Source: a virus
Length of the DNA: 64,000 bases
Reading direction: 5' to 3' (one strand)
Virus record (IMG/VR): IMGVR_UViG_3300021356_000007
Location: 27,889-91,888 of that record
Position 1 is the stretch's first letter. Each line of letters begins with the position of its first letter. A program made the position numbers and the translations under genes. Below are positions 36,240 to 46,352 of the stretch, one piece after another. The notes beneath the pieces were generated by a model. It did no database searches. It was not told where the DNA came from and saw nothing but the letters and a program-made list of their open reading frames with translations.

Positions 36240-36551
36240 ATGAATAGGAAAGATGTAATTTGGAGTAATGAGATAAAGGACTTTGCCGCTTATCTCTTTG
36301 GCTTTACAGGAGTGTCTAAGCAAGCGGCTGACTATCTATGGGGTAGAGCAGTTGGCTGGTACAAACGAGGACTTACAGGTGTAAGTGAAGAAGGTTTAGA
36401 ACAAGAAATTGCTGATGACATGATGTCAACAAAGGAATACAAAGACATAGTGAAATTGTTACACTGCTTGTCAGCGTATTTTGGGCACGACCATCCGAAA
36501 GAATTTGTTGATTATTTCAAAGAGTACTATTTAGTAGAGGTGAAAGTATGA
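36240..36551 (+). CDS. Hypothetical protein
   Basis: AGGTGA RBS. Confidence 0.6.
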   Translation: MNRKDVIWSNEIKDFAAYLFGFTGVSKQAADYLWGRAVGWYKRGLTGVSEEGLEQEIADDMMSTKEYKDIVKLLHCLSAYFGHDHPKEFVDYFKEYYLVEVKV

Positions 36552-36793
36552 AGAAAGAATTTTGGGAAAACAGATATGAAGAATTGATGAATGCAGTGAA
36601 GCAAGGTGCTGATATAGCGTTCTGTGACAAATGTGACGAATGGTACGACTATGAGCAAGGTAGGCAATGTGGTTGCTGCCCCATCTGTGTAGGTGACTGG
36701 GATGGTGACATGGATGGTAACATATGTAGGAGTTGCTTAGAAGAAATGACGGCAGCCCCTGCGACCATGAGTGCTTGGGAGAGAAACGCATGA
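36548..36793 (+). CDS. Small Cys-rich protein
   Basis: CDKC, CGCCPIC, CRSC. Confidence 0.6.
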   Translation: MKKEFWENRYEELMNAVKQGADIAFCDKCDEWYDYEQGRQCGCCPICVGDWDGDMDGNICRSCLEEMTAAPATMSAWERNA

Positions 36794-37041
36794 TAACTGC
36801 CGAGTTCGCTAACGGTAAGGCTCAGGCTAACCTCATCAAGGGTGAGAAAGAAACATACCATGTAACTGTATATTCTGATGCACCTAAACACGATTATCAA
36901 TGTATCATGGACACAATCTCTTGGGGAAGCAAACAGGGCTTTGCTATTATGAGTACAAGAGAAAAGCGTATTGTCTCGGTCACGCCTGAGTACAAAGGTA
37001 AGTCAGTAAAACAATTCAGATTCGTAAAGGTAGATGAGTGA
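36790..37041 (+). CDS. Small hypothetical protein
   Basis: ATGA-coupled ORF. Confidence 0.55.
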   Translation: MITAEFANGKAQANLIKGEKETYHVTVYSDAPKHDYQCIMDTISWGSKQGFAIMSTREKRIVSVTPEYKGKSVKQFRFVKVDE

Positions 37042-37318
37042 CATGAGAGGATTCAGTCAGATAATCAAGTGGAGAGTTCCTGCTACTACTTTCAGGTGGA
37101 AAGGTAAGGCAGAAGTCATCATGAGTGTGGCTGACCCTAAAGGTGACTCTGAGCCTAAAATAGACATTAGAGTTAGAAGAACAATTGAGCATCCACAAGG
37201 AGAGGGCTATACAAAAGAGGGAGTGCGCCTGAGTCTTGAAGATGCGAGTTCACTAGCAAAGGCAATCCAACACTCCCTCAAAGAACTGAGGGAAACAGAT
37301 GACACGCAAGAAACTTGA
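37034..37318 (+). CDS. PC4-like ssDNA-binding protein
   Basis: KIDIRV......GYTKEGVRLSLED matches the PC4 fold consensus. Confidence 0.65.
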   Translation: MSDMRGFSQIIKWRVPATTFRWKGKAEVIMSVADPKGDSEPKIDIRVRRTIEHPQGEGYTKEGVRLSLEDASSLAKAIQHSLKELRETDDTQET

Positions 37319-37610
37319 TTATGCTCTGTTAGAGGAAGCACACAAGTTGGCTTTCGACTCACTGGACAAAGATGAAATGTACAGACCGAGAAAAATCTCA
37401 ATTAGAATAACTGAGGCTTACTCGGTTTTACTCAAAAACTGCTACAGAGAAGGCAATCAATACGGCAATAGGAAGCAACTGAGAATAAAAAGAAAGTGGG
37501 CTAGAAAACTAGGCTGGGATTCTCGTGTTTTCAGAGACCATGAAATCATTAAGGGTAAGATATATCCTTGTGAAAACACCAAGTATTTCTACATAGGAGA
37601 GGAAGAGTGA
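37299..37610 (+). CDS. Small basic hypothetical protein
   Basis: ORF coupled to the ligase-like gene. Confidence 0.6.
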   Translation: MTRKKLDYALLEEAHKLAFDSLDKDEMYRPRKISIRITEAYSVLLKNCYREGNQYGNRKQLRIKRKWARKLGWDSRVFRDHEIIKGKIYPCENTKYFYIGEEE

Positions 37611-39064
37611 TGCTACTAGCAGAGGCTGCTACTATCTCAGAGAGTCTGAGAACTCTGTACAGTAAGTACATGACAGACGCTGAAGAGAAGTCTAAGCATT
37701 TCAGAAAGATGCTAGACCTAATCAGGCAAGCAGTCAACAACTCAATTGATGATAGTTCTCAGTTGATTGACATGTACTATCCTGAGTATTCGAGATACCC
37801 AAGGCAGTTCATTTCAATCAGAGAGATAAGAGACGATGTCTGTCGTAAACTATCCATCTCCCCGCTAGTGTGGGATGAGTCATTGGCAGGCAAACCGATA
37901 GTACCTCTGTTGGCTCTTGAGTCTCCTGAATATGGAGGTCAGGGACTGACAGTCAAGCAAGCGTTCAATCTCATGGCTAGGATAAGAGACGAAGGCTTTC
38001 TTCAAGTTGCCAGCAAAATGAATGAGAGAGAAGCCCTACTCTTTTGGGGCAGGGCTACAGACGAGCGACCTCCTATGCCAGTCAATCGTTTTCTACAGAT
38101 AGTGTCGTACACTACAGAGAAGGGGGCTCAGAGCCTCCAATCAATCAATATCATGTTACAGACCATGACTCCCTCTGAGATTATACAGAGGCTGTACTCT
38201 GAGAAAGAGGACATGGAAGTTCGCACTATGCAACCGGGACAGGCTTTCCTTGGCTCGGTCTATAGAGCATGGGACAAGTTAACAACTCCTGATGATGTCT
38301 ATGCAGATGTCATTGAAGGAGACAGGAGATTCCTACACATCACTGAATTCCCAGTAGGGACATTCAAGGGTGTGTTTTACAACCGTCACAAGCAAATGAT
38401 GGGCAAGTCACATGAGCCCATCTACACAGATAGTGAGGCTATCTTTGAGGTAGAAGTTGACGGTAACCAAGTCAAGTATGTTACTGATGTATATGCAGTC
38501 GATGACGATTGGAATGTATACAAAGAGAACTACAAGGACAGGCAAGATAAACTTGCCAAACTGAGACTGGCTGTGCCTACCAAGTCAGGTAAATTCATAC
38601 CTGCCTCTACGGATTTCAGCCATTTGCTTGGGACTTTGGAAGACAACCAAAGGCTCAGATTCGTAAGCACTGGTGCTATCAAATTGGGTAGCAACGGTGG
38701 GTGGGCTATCCTCAAGGATGCCTTTCACATCAATCTACTTGTCACTGCTGTCAAGCGTGACCGTGAGTTCGAGACACACATTAGAGTGTCTGCTATGGAT
38801 GGGTTCGAAACCTATGAAGTAGGACAGATACAGTTAACTGTAGAAGTCGCTCAGCACATGCGTCAGAGGTTGGCATTACAAGGTGTACTCGCAGGACAGG
38901 ACTGGTTACCTGTCGATGAGTATGCTATGGTGGTGGTAGTTGAACTCGCAGAGTTTTCTCTCAGTGACCTTTCTCTTGAGAAAGTGGAACTGAAATACCT
39001 TGATGACGACTTGGGCTACAGTGATGTAACTCAATTAACTGACCTGATAGAAATGAGCAACTGA
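37607..39064 (+). CDS. ATP-dependent DNA ligase-like protein, apparently lacking the catalytic lysine
   Basis: Ligase motifs in order: DVIEGDRRFLH (I), FYNR, IFEVEV (III), YVTDVY (IIIa), WAILK (V), OB domain YEVGQI...WLP..VVVEL. Confidence 0.6.
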   Translation: MMLLAEAATISESLRTLYSKYMTDAEEKSKHFRKMLDLIRQAVNNSIDDSSQLIDMYYPEYSRYPRQFISIREIRDDVCRKLSISPLVWDESLAGKPIVPLLALESPEYGGQGLTVKQAFNLMARIRDEGFLQVASKMNEREALLFWGRATDERPPMPVNRFLQIVSYTTEKGAQSLQSINIMLQTMTPSEIIQRLYSEKEDMEVRTMQPGQAFLGSVYRAWDKLTTPDDVYADVIEGDRRFLHITEFPVGTFKGVFYNRHKQMMGKSHEPIYTDSEAIFEVEVDGNQVKYVTDVYAVDDDWNVYKENYKDRQDKLAKLRLAVPTKSGKFIPASTDFSHLLGTLEDNQRLRFVSTGAIKLGSNGGWAILKDAFHINLLVTAVKRDREFETHIRVSAMDGFETYEVGQIQLTVEVAQHMRQRLALQGVLAGQDWLPVDEYAMVVVVELAEFSLSDLSLEKVELKYLDDDLGYSDVTQLTDLIEMSN

Positions 39065-39068
39065 GAGA

Positions 39069-39093
39069 AACTGGTTATAAAGAAACAATAAAG
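39069..39093 (+). promoter_or_regulatory. Early promoter copy 7, heading the replication operon
   Basis: Exact AACTGGTTATAAAGAAACAATAAAG. Confidence 0.85.
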
Positions 39094-39112
39094 TAAATGT
39101 GGTGAGCCAAAA

Positions 39113-40039
39113 ATGAATTTTAGAGAGAAATACAGACCATCCACTTTGGATGATTTGACAGGTTGTGATGAGTTCGTAAAGTCTGCTAAGACTTGGACCA
39201 TCGACACCTGCCCTCCTAACATTCTAATTGTCGGTAAACCGGGCATCGGTAAGACCAGTGCAGCATACGCCTTAGCAAAGGATATGCTCGGTGAGTTCTT
39301 CGACCCTATGAACTTCAGAGTCACTAATGCTAGTGACGACAGAGGCATTGATTCAGTAAGAGACCTCAAGAGAGTGAGCAAGCAAAAGGGACTAGGAGTA
39401 TCGAGGAAGATTGAGTTCCTAGATGAGTTCGAGAGTTACACATCTCCAGCACAGAAAGCACTCAGACAAATCATGGAGGAGAGTCACAAGACTACTGTAT
39501 TTATCCTGACAGCCAACGACATCTCACCTATACACTCTGCTATCAGAGACAGATGTATCACATTCCACTTCAAGCCAATTGACGATGAGAACACAGGTCG
39601 ATTGGAATACATCATAGATGAAGAAGGACTTCCACAAGAATGGAAAGAACACCTACCTCACCTAATCAAATCTACAGGGGGCTCTCTGAGAAAGTCTATT
39701 GACACACTTGAGAGCCTAGTCAGAGAGCCTGACGCTTTGTCTGAGAGAATCCGCAGAGACGGTAACTACCTCAGCAAGGCTGCTCTCAATCTAATGGGTA
39801 GTGACTACCCTAAATTAACAGCCTACTTGGTTCAAGCACTTGAATCAGGTATCTCCGGCTTTGGAGTCATCAAAGGACTCCGATGGAGAGCCAAGCCCCT
39901 CATGGAGAATGAGGCAGACTGGCACAATTTCATGCTCACATACGGCGAGTTTGCCGTCTTGTCTACACAATGGCCTGACGATGACTTATCGTATGTTGAG
40001 TACTTTGTAGCAAAACTAAGAAAAAATATGGAGAGATAA
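39113..40039 (+). CDS. rfcS: Replication factor C small subunit (clamp loader)
   Basis: EKYRP, GKPGIGKT, NASDDRGID, LDE, QKALRQIME, IRDRC. Confidence 0.92.
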   Translation: MNFREKYRPSTLDDLTGCDEFVKSAKTWTIDTCPPNILIVGKPGIGKTSAAYALAKDMLGEFFDPMNFRVTNASDDRGIDSVRDLKRVSKQKGLGVSRKIEFLDEFESYTSPAQKALRQIMEESHKTTVFILTANDISPIHSAIRDRCITFHFKPIDDENTGRLEYIIDEEGLPQEWKEHLPHLIKSTGGSLRKSIDTLESLVREPDALSERIRRDGNYLSKAALNLMGSDYPKLTAYLVQALESGISGFGVIKGLRWRAKPLMENEADWHNFMLTYGEFAVLSTQWPDDDLSYVEYFVAKLRKNMER

Positions 40040-40041
40040 AA

Positions 40042-41280
40042 ATGAGCGAAACAACAGGTTACCCAGCAGATGTAATGGAAAGACTCGAAGGCTATGCTGA
40101 AAAATTCGGCATCAGTGTCGGGGAGGCAGCGAACAAGTTCGGTGCGTGGTTGAAAGAAGAGTACGAGATAGAAAACCCACTCACTGAAGACCCGTTCTAC
40201 TTGAGCCAATGGTCGGAACAATTCGTCATCGAGACAAGAAATGCAAGTGCTGGCAAACAAAGAGAGACTGTAGCATATGTCGGTATGTTTGTCGGTGTCG
40301 AAGACGAGCCAAGAGACAACAGAAAGGGTATGTATGACAAGGCAATGAACTTGTTCAGAAACAACAGAGACAGAGCAATCAATGAGAACCTCATTGGTAT
40401 ACTGACTGCCAAAGAAGGTAGATGGCACATCAACGGTAAAGTCACAGAAGACAGAGTCAGCGGAAGCGACTTACCTTGGTATGGATTTGAGCACAACGAT
40501 ATGATTCTATGTTTGTTGAACACTCGTGATGGCAAGGTTAGCCCTGTAGCACCAAAGAGCCTCAGCAAAGCAGCATACTTCTTGGGTTCAAGAGAAGGTG
40601 GAAGCGACATCAAGATGTGGCGTGTCAACTTACAAGGTAAGGCTATGGAAGCAAACTACACACAATGGACAGCAAGTCGTATTCAAGTCATTGAACCTAC
40701 CAAAGAAGGTATGGACACACTATACACCAACAACAACTTCCATGAGACTGTCGAGTACACTGACAGTTGGCTGGCTGAGAATCTAAGACAAGCATTCAGT
40801 GCTGAAAGATTACTGGTTAATCAAAAGATGCACAATGAATATGTCCCTCTAGGTGAACTGCTTGAGGCTCACCCTGAGAGAAAGATTACTACCAGCAATG
40901 GTATGACACTCAATCCTATTGTTATCACTAGAGGTCTCATCACATATCTGAACAGAGACCCAATGGACAGTGAGTACGACCCTACAGGTCGCTCTTACAG
41001 ACTACAGATTTACGGTACTGGCGTAGAGCCAGTAACAGTATGGGTCTCAGGTTCAATGCATGACAGAGACAATGTATTCCAATACACAGATGTCAACGGT
41101 AATGTCAGGCATTACAATGAGAAGACCAGTGTCATAGTAGTCGGTAGACTGAAACTAAGACCATATCAAAACGAGATGCAACCATCTATGTCTGCTCTCG
41201 GTATCTACATTCCACCAAGAACTGCTCGCCCAGCGGGCGGTGTTGGAGACACAAGTTTGGAACAATTTAGAGGTGAATGA
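40042..41280 (+). CDS. Putative OB-fold ssDNA-binding protein (RPA-like)
   Basis: Position between RFC and recombinase; OB-like C-terminal strands (VTVWV...VIVVGRLK); PIP-like tail DTSLEQF. Confidence 0.5.
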   Translation: MSETTGYPADVMERLEGYAEKFGISVGEAANKFGAWLKEEYEIENPLTEDPFYLSQWSEQFVIETRNASAGKQRETVAYVGMFVGVEDEPRDNRKGMYDKAMNLFRNNRDRAINENLIGILTAKEGRWHINGKVTEDRVSGSDLPWYGFEHNDMILCLLNTRDGKVSPVAPKSLSKAAYFLGSREGGSDIKMWRVNLQGKAMEANYTQWTASRIQVIEPTKEGMDTLYTNNNFHETVEYTDSWLAENLRQAFSAERLLVNQKMHNEYVPLGELLEAHPERKITTSNGMTLNPIVITRGLITYLNRDPMDSEYDPTGRSYRLQIYGTGVEPVTVWVSGSMHDRDNVFQYTDVNGNVRHYNEKTSVIVVGRLKLRPYQNEMQPSMSALGIYIPPRTARPAGGVGDTSLEQFRGE

Positions 41281-42347
41281 AAATGAGTTGGGAAGCATTA
41301 GCAGAAGGAAACACAGCAAGTAACAACAACCCAGTGAGGGTTGCTGAACTACCAAAGAAGGTCGGTGAGCCAATAGAGAAGGCTACACCAGCACCAGTGA
41401 CACCAGCACCAGTGCAAACTGATGCCAAAGTCCCTGAACCAGTGACACTGACATCTTCGGACTTTATCAGCAAGTTCCCCGGAATTGCCGAGGAAATGAG
41501 AGCACAAGAAAAGCCACCTGAGATAGAACCGAGTTCTGTTTTCTGCGCTTTCGTAGGACACGAGGGTACAGGTAAGACAGGGCTGGCTATGGATGCACAC
41601 TTTCACAAGCATCCTGATGGCTTGGCTATTGTACTTGACAATGATAACGGAGGACTATCTTGTAAGAATGCCCACTACAACGGGAATACTAACATTCGTA
41701 TCTTCTCCCCTTGGGTCATGCAACAAGAAGACACAACGGCTTACAATTACTTACTGAGTTATATCAGGACAATGGAGATTGCTAAGTTCGCAGTCGAGTA
41801 TGCAGAGAGACAGACAGAGCCCGGATTCGAAGGGCAACTACTGAAGTCATTCATCGTCACTGGTGTAGACCAGTTCGATGAGATGTGTGTCAATTGTATG
41901 AAGATATACGACCTTGACATGAAGGCGACAGATGCTGTCGAAGCAAGTCATGCTAAACTGAATTCTGAGATTGGATGGAACTGGAGTATTCGTTCCACGA
42001 GATTCAAGCAACTCACAGCACAGTGTCAAAAGTTGAACAGACTTGGCGTTGATGTTTACTGGGAGACTCACTTGAAGCCTGATGACGGATTGTTGAGTCA
42101 TGATGGATTCAAGTTCGTATGGGAAAAGAGTGCTAACAAAGACCTATTCCAAATCGTTTGGGTCAAGGGTAAGCCTGTCCGTAACAATGACGGTGGCTTG
42201 ACCGGAGAGACAAGATACACAGCAAAATTCTACAAGAGTAAGACCAACCCTAACCTACTCAATCAAGAGAGGTTATACTTCGTCACCAAAGAAGGTGAAG
42301 ATGCACAATGGTATGGGCTACCTGAACTAAGGGATGGTGTTATCTGA
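41277..42347 (+). CDS. RecA-superfamily / AAA_24 (Sak4-like) ATPase, putative recombinase
   Basis: Walker A GHEGTGKT; atypical Walker B IVTGVD; WETH; Pro-rich N-terminal linker. Confidence 0.7.
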   Translation: MKMSWEALAEGNTASNNNPVRVAELPKKVGEPIEKATPAPVTPAPVQTDAKVPEPVTLTSSDFISKFPGIAEEMRAQEKPPEIEPSSVFCAFVGHEGTGKTGLAMDAHFHKHPDGLAIVLDNDNGGLSCKNAHYNGNTNIRIFSPWVMQQEDTTAYNYLLSYIRTMEIAKFAVEYAERQTEPGFEGQLLKSFIVTGVDQFDEMCVNCMKIYDLDMKATDAVEASHAKLNSEIGWNWSIRSTRFKQLTAQCQKLNRLGVDVYWETHLKPDDGLLSHDGFKFVWEKSANKDLFQIVWVKGKPVRNNDGGLTGETRYTAKFYKSKTNPNLLNQERLYFVTKEGEDAQWYGLPELRDGVI

Positions 42348-42350
42348 TTA

Positions 42351-42452
42351 ACTACACATGGGGGTTCGCTCGGTAATATTGAGAAACATCATCCAATGAG
42401 CATAGTGCTTTTCTTTCTATTTTGCATGAACTCAATCCCCCCGCCTGTAGTT
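42351..42452 (+). terminator. Structured intergenic region with T-tract
   Basis: AACTACA/TGTAGTT and GGGGG/CCCCC enclose TTTTTCTTTCTATTTT. Confidence 0.4.
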
Positions 42453-42465
42453 TGGAGGTCTTAGT

Positions 42466-43227
42466 ATGGTATCATTTACAATCACAAGAGATAGTTTGAA
42501 TTCATTTTTGAATTCATTCGGTAAGGAACTGGCTGATATAGCAATCACAGTAAGCAGTGACAACATCTATGCAGCGGTGGGGAAGAGTACACACTTCATC
42601 TCAAGACAAGTGCAGTGCGTCAGTAGCAACACTGGCAACCTGTACATATCGGATATACCGAAAGTCAAAGCCTTTCTAAGTACCAGCAAAACGCCTGAGT
42701 TATCTTTCACTCAAAATGGGAAGACAGGTACATTGCATATCGCTAGTGGTAACACTACACTACAGATACCTACCACATCCCACATCGGGTCGCAAGATAA
42801 GGTCGGCTTGATGTCTAAGACAATCGAAGACTCAAGAAACAGTATGTGGCGTAAGTGGTTCAACATACCACTGACACACCACGCTAGAGTTACAGCAGAC
42901 TCGCTGAAACCTGCCACAGGATTCAAGAAGGTACTAGGTGACAAGTTCGCTTGTAAGACCGAGTTCGATGTAGAGGGTGAGATGCTGATTATCAGAGGCG
43001 GTAAGAAGGCGACAGGTAAGATGTTCGTCAAAGCCCCTCTGACTAACATAGAGGCTACTACTTTACCAGTGAGGTCAGCGTTTGACAAGTGGTTGCCTGA
43101 GTTACTAACTAATCTACCGAGTGGGTCATTCGACCTACATACGGGAGACGAGACTGTGATTATCCTAGAGCAACCATCTACCAATTTCTTGATGGTCGTT
43201 ATAGACCAAGAATATGAGGAGGACTGA
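42466..43227 (+). CDS. PCNA-like sliding clamp
   Basis: 253 aa; two-domain beta/alpha pattern, PCNA-like start (FTITRDSLNSFL) and end (LHTGDETVIILE...FLMVVID); located between RFC and PolB. Confidence 0.6.
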   Translation: MVSFTITRDSLNSFLNSFGKELADIAITVSSDNIYAAVGKSTHFISRQVQCVSSNTGNLYISDIPKVKAFLSTSKTPELSFTQNGKTGTLHIASGNTTLQIPTTSHIGSQDKVGLMSKTIEDSRNSMWRKWFNIPLTHHARVTADSLKPATGFKKVLGDKFACKTEFDVEGEMLIIRGGKKATGKMFVKAPLTNIEATTLPVRSAFDKWLPELLTNLPSGSFDLHTGDETVIILEQPSTNFLMVVIDQEYEED

Positions 43228-43229
43228 AT

Positions 43230-43412
43230 ATGAACATAGAATATATTGACAAGGATAGAAGAGATGTATGTTGGTTCTGTGGAGGCAGACTGATATGGGG
43301 GAGTGACTTTGATGCAGAGGACTTAGGTTATGACCGGGCGGGCATCGTTGCTCAACTACATTGCTCTAACTGCGGTGCTTTCGTAGAGTACACATTGCTT
43401 GAAGAGGAATAG
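43230..43412 (+). CDS. Small Zn-ribbon protein
   Basis: CWFCGG.LIWGSDFD...LHCSNCGA. Confidence 0.7.
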   Translation: MNIEYIDKDRRDVCWFCGGRLIWGSDFDAEDLGYDRAGIVAQLHCSNCGAFVEYTLLEEE

Positions 43413-43550
43413 TCATGAAAAGAATGAAGCACAGAATGAGATGTAAACAATGCTGGAAAATAGTAGGCATTTCACATCACAATTTTGAGGATAAGGTATT
43501 CTTTTGTAGCGAAGAGTGTATGGAAAAGTTCGGTAAGGGGATGAGTAAGC

Positions 43551-43763
43551 ATGGTTATTAAGTCGTTACTTGATTCTTTATTCGGTCCTGATGACAGTTT
43601 ACCTAAGTGTGCATACGGTTGCGGTTATGATGATGAGGAAATGCTGTTCCGACACAAGGGTGAATTGACCTGTGCGACATGTCTTGAATCTTATGAAGGT
43701 ATAGTATACAATCATGCAACTAAGCGTTACAGAAAAGTAGAGTCCTACCTAAAAGAGGAATAG
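43551..43763 (+). CDS. Small Zn-finger protein
   Basis: CAYGC...CATC. Confidence 0.55.
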   Translation: MVIKSLLDSLFGPDDSLPKCAYGCGYDDEEMLFRHKGELTCATCLESYEGIVYNHATKRYRKVESYLKEE

Positions 43764-43765
43764 AT

Positions 43766-46159
43766 ATGATTATTGAAGCGTACAATCCTGACTACACTGG
43801 CTCTGATTACATCTACAAGAGATGGAGAGACAGCGAAGGGAATCTCATCGAAGAAACAGTAACTGACTTCAGACCATACTTTTGGATTAAGTCAAGCACG
43901 AGCCCTAGATTCGTTGACAACATTATCGACCAATTCCCCGGTTCAAGGGTAGACTGGGATGACAGAGCAGAAGCCCTGAGAACGGGCGAAGAACTGGTTA
44001 AAGTATACGCATTCAGACAAAGAGAGGTCAAGGATATGGCTCGTATGTTTGGTAAGACATGGGAGGCTGACCTCAGTTTGGAAGACAGGTATCTAATCGA
44101 CAAAGTAGAGAAGATGCCTAACTGGAAGCCTAGAGTTTGGCACTTTGACCTTGAATGGTGTACCAAGACCAAGCAAACGACAGTCATGGCTGTCATTGAC
44201 AATTACAACAACAGACTGGTTGCCTTCTGCTGGAAGAAGGACAATCCGAATGGACTATTCCACGGTGACTATCACATTGAGCAGAGAGCCACCGAATACG
44301 AATACAAGGGAGAGCAAATCCCTTTGACCTACGAGAGACATCTGTACGGCTCAGAACAAGAGATGCACGATGCCTTCCTTCACTACATGGATGAATGTAA
44401 TCCTGACATCTTCGTGGCTCACGCTATGATGTGGGCTGACCTACCTCACTTGGTAGAGAGAATGTCTGAGTACAAACGACTCAGTCCTCTAGGTAGAGTG
44501 CTACCGGGCAGGAATGGTTACGACTATGTAGACCAACCAATCTACGGTAGGCTCTGCTTCGACACTGCCTCTCCGATGAGAAGTGGTAGTGGATTCGAGA
44601 GAGTATGGAAAGACAGCGGTAAGCCTCAACTAAAGAATCTCAAACTAGATACAATCGCAAGAGTATGTGGTTACGGTGGTAAGTTGGATATGGATGTTCA
44701 CACAGGATGGACAGAGAGATTCGATGACTATGTTGACTACTGTATGGTAGATACATTCCTACTGAAACACATAGATGAGGACAACCATGTACTCAATTTC
44801 TTCCTGTCATTACAGGAATTCACAGGGGTGAGTTTCCCATCTTGTCACAATGTCACTAGATTCGCAAGAGGTCTACTACAGAGAAGAACAGATTGGAAAG
44901 CACCGACACATTCGGGTCAGGAAAAAGAGGACTACGAGGGTGCTTTCATTCCACCGCCCAAGCCGGGCAGATACGAGGGAGTAGCCTGTGTGGATTACAA
45001 AGGTCTGTACCCTTCACTTATTCTAAGTCACAATCTATCATGGGAATCTCAAGTCCCAAAAAGCATGTCAGGTGAGGCAAATGTCAGAGAATTACCTGAC
45101 GGCACTTGCTGGAGGCAAGATGTTGATGCTCTCCTTCCAAGCATGGTAACTGAACTGTTTGAGGTTAGAGACCAGTACAAGAAAAACATGAAGGAAGCCC
45201 CTACCGAATCTGAGAGAAACGGATGGAACACATTGCAACTAGCAGTAAAGCGTGTGATGGCGAGCCTATACGGTGCGACAGCGAGCCCTTACTGGGGCTG
45301 GTGTGATTTCGACATAGCCTCTGCTATCACAGCATGTGGTAGACAAGCAATCAAAGGTCTGATGGAAGAGTCAGAGAACGCAGGTTACAAAGCACTGTAC
45401 GGGCACACTGACTCTGCCTTCGTACAAGTCCCATTCGATGAGGCGCATGACCTCGCCAAGCATCTCACTGAGACTATACAGAGAGAACATCAAGCGAGTC
45501 ATCTGATAGTAGAATTCGAGGCTTACATGCCCTACTGGATTGTAGGAGGTAAGAATCTCTACTATGGAATCTGCTCTTACCCTCCTGAAGATGAAGGGAA
45601 GACAAAGAGTGCTAGATGGGGTAAGATAAGTACACTTGCCCCTATATCCAAGAACCTCGAAAACGATGTACTGACAGCCATTTGTTCGGGTGCTGATGAA
45701 GAAGAAGTCATCGGTATGGTTAGACCACTGGCTAAGAAGATACAGCGTGGCGATGTAGAACTGAAAGAAATCGCCACTACAACGAGATTACAAAAGTCAC
45801 TTGACAAGTATGCTCACTCCATCGGAGGGGCTGTCAAAGCAGCGAGATATTACAATCAGCACATTGTAGGTCGCAAAGCCCTAGGTGATGGAGATTCAGT
45901 CAACTGGGTGTATGTCAATCAGTTCCCTGAAGGTAAGCCTAATTATATCATAGCCAAGAACCTCGATACCAAAGAACAGGTAGAAGTCAAGGTAGATGTA
46001 GTGGCTTTCGAAAATGATAGCGATTTAGATGGCTTTAGTCTCGACCATGATATAATGGTTGACCGACTGATTAAGAGAAAACTCAAGCCTATCTTCAAGG
46101 CACTTGATTGGGACTTGGAGAGAGCGAGTGGGGCAGCGATGCCTAAACAATATTGGTGA
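43766..46159 (+). CDS. polB: Family B DNA polymerase with 3'-5' exonuclease domain
   Basis: FDLE, YCMVD, DYKGLYPS, KRVMASLYG, YGHTDS, KNLYYG. Confidence 0.96.
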   Translation: MIIEAYNPDYTGSDYIYKRWRDSEGNLIEETVTDFRPYFWIKSSTSPRFVDNIIDQFPGSRVDWDDRAEALRTGEELVKVYAFRQREVKDMARMFGKTWEADLSLEDRYLIDKVEKMPNWKPRVWHFDLEWCTKTKQTTVMAVIDNYNNRLVAFCWKKDNPNGLFHGDYHIEQRATEYEYKGEQIPLTYERHLYGSEQEMHDAFLHYMDECNPDIFVAHAMMWADLPHLVERMSEYKRLSPLGRVLPGRNGYDYVDQPIYGRLCFDTASPMRSGSGFERVWKDSGKPQLKNLKLDTIARVCGYGGKLDMDVHTGWTERFDDYVDYCMVDTFLLKHIDEDNHVLNFFLSLQEFTGVSFPSCHNVTRFARGLLQRRTDWKAPTHSGQEKEDYEGAFIPPPKPGRYEGVACVDYKGLYPSLILSHNLSWESQVPKSMSGEANVRELPDGTCWRQDVDALLPSMVTELFEVRDQYKKNMKEAPTESERNGWNTLQLAVKRVMASLYGATASPYWGWCDFDIASAITACGRQAIKGLMEESENAGYKALYGHTDSAFVQVPFDEAHDLAKHLTETIQREHQASHLIVEFEAYMPYWIVGGKNLYYGICSYPPEDEGKTKSARWGKISTLAPISKNLENDVLTAICSGADEEEVIGMVRPLAKKIQRGDVELKEIATTTRLQKSLDKYAHSIGGAVKAARYYNQHIVGRKALGDGDSVNWVYVNQFPEGKPNYIIAKNLDTKEQVEVKVDVVAFENDSDLDGFSLDHDIMVDRLIKRKLKPIFKALDWDLERASGAAMPKQYW

Positions 46160-46163
46160 TAAC

Positions 46164-46352
46164 ATGAGTAGCATAGAAGATACAGTTTGTGAGAAGATAC
46201 AGAAAAGAGCCGAACTAGGTAAGAACAAGTATGGGGTAACGATGGAAAGAGACGACCTCAAGTTCCTTGATTGGTTAGTACACTTGCATGAAGAACTGAT
46301 GGATGCTACAGTCTACCTTCAACGCATCATCGAAGAGGAGGGAGGCGAATGA
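46164..46352 (+). CDS. Small all-alpha MazG-like / NTP-pyrophosphatase-like protein
   Basis: RAELGKNKYG...WLVHLHEELMDATVY. Confidence 0.55.
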   Translation: MSSIEDTVCEKIQKRAELGKNKYGVTMERDDLKFLDWLVHLHEELMDATVYLQRIIEEEGGE

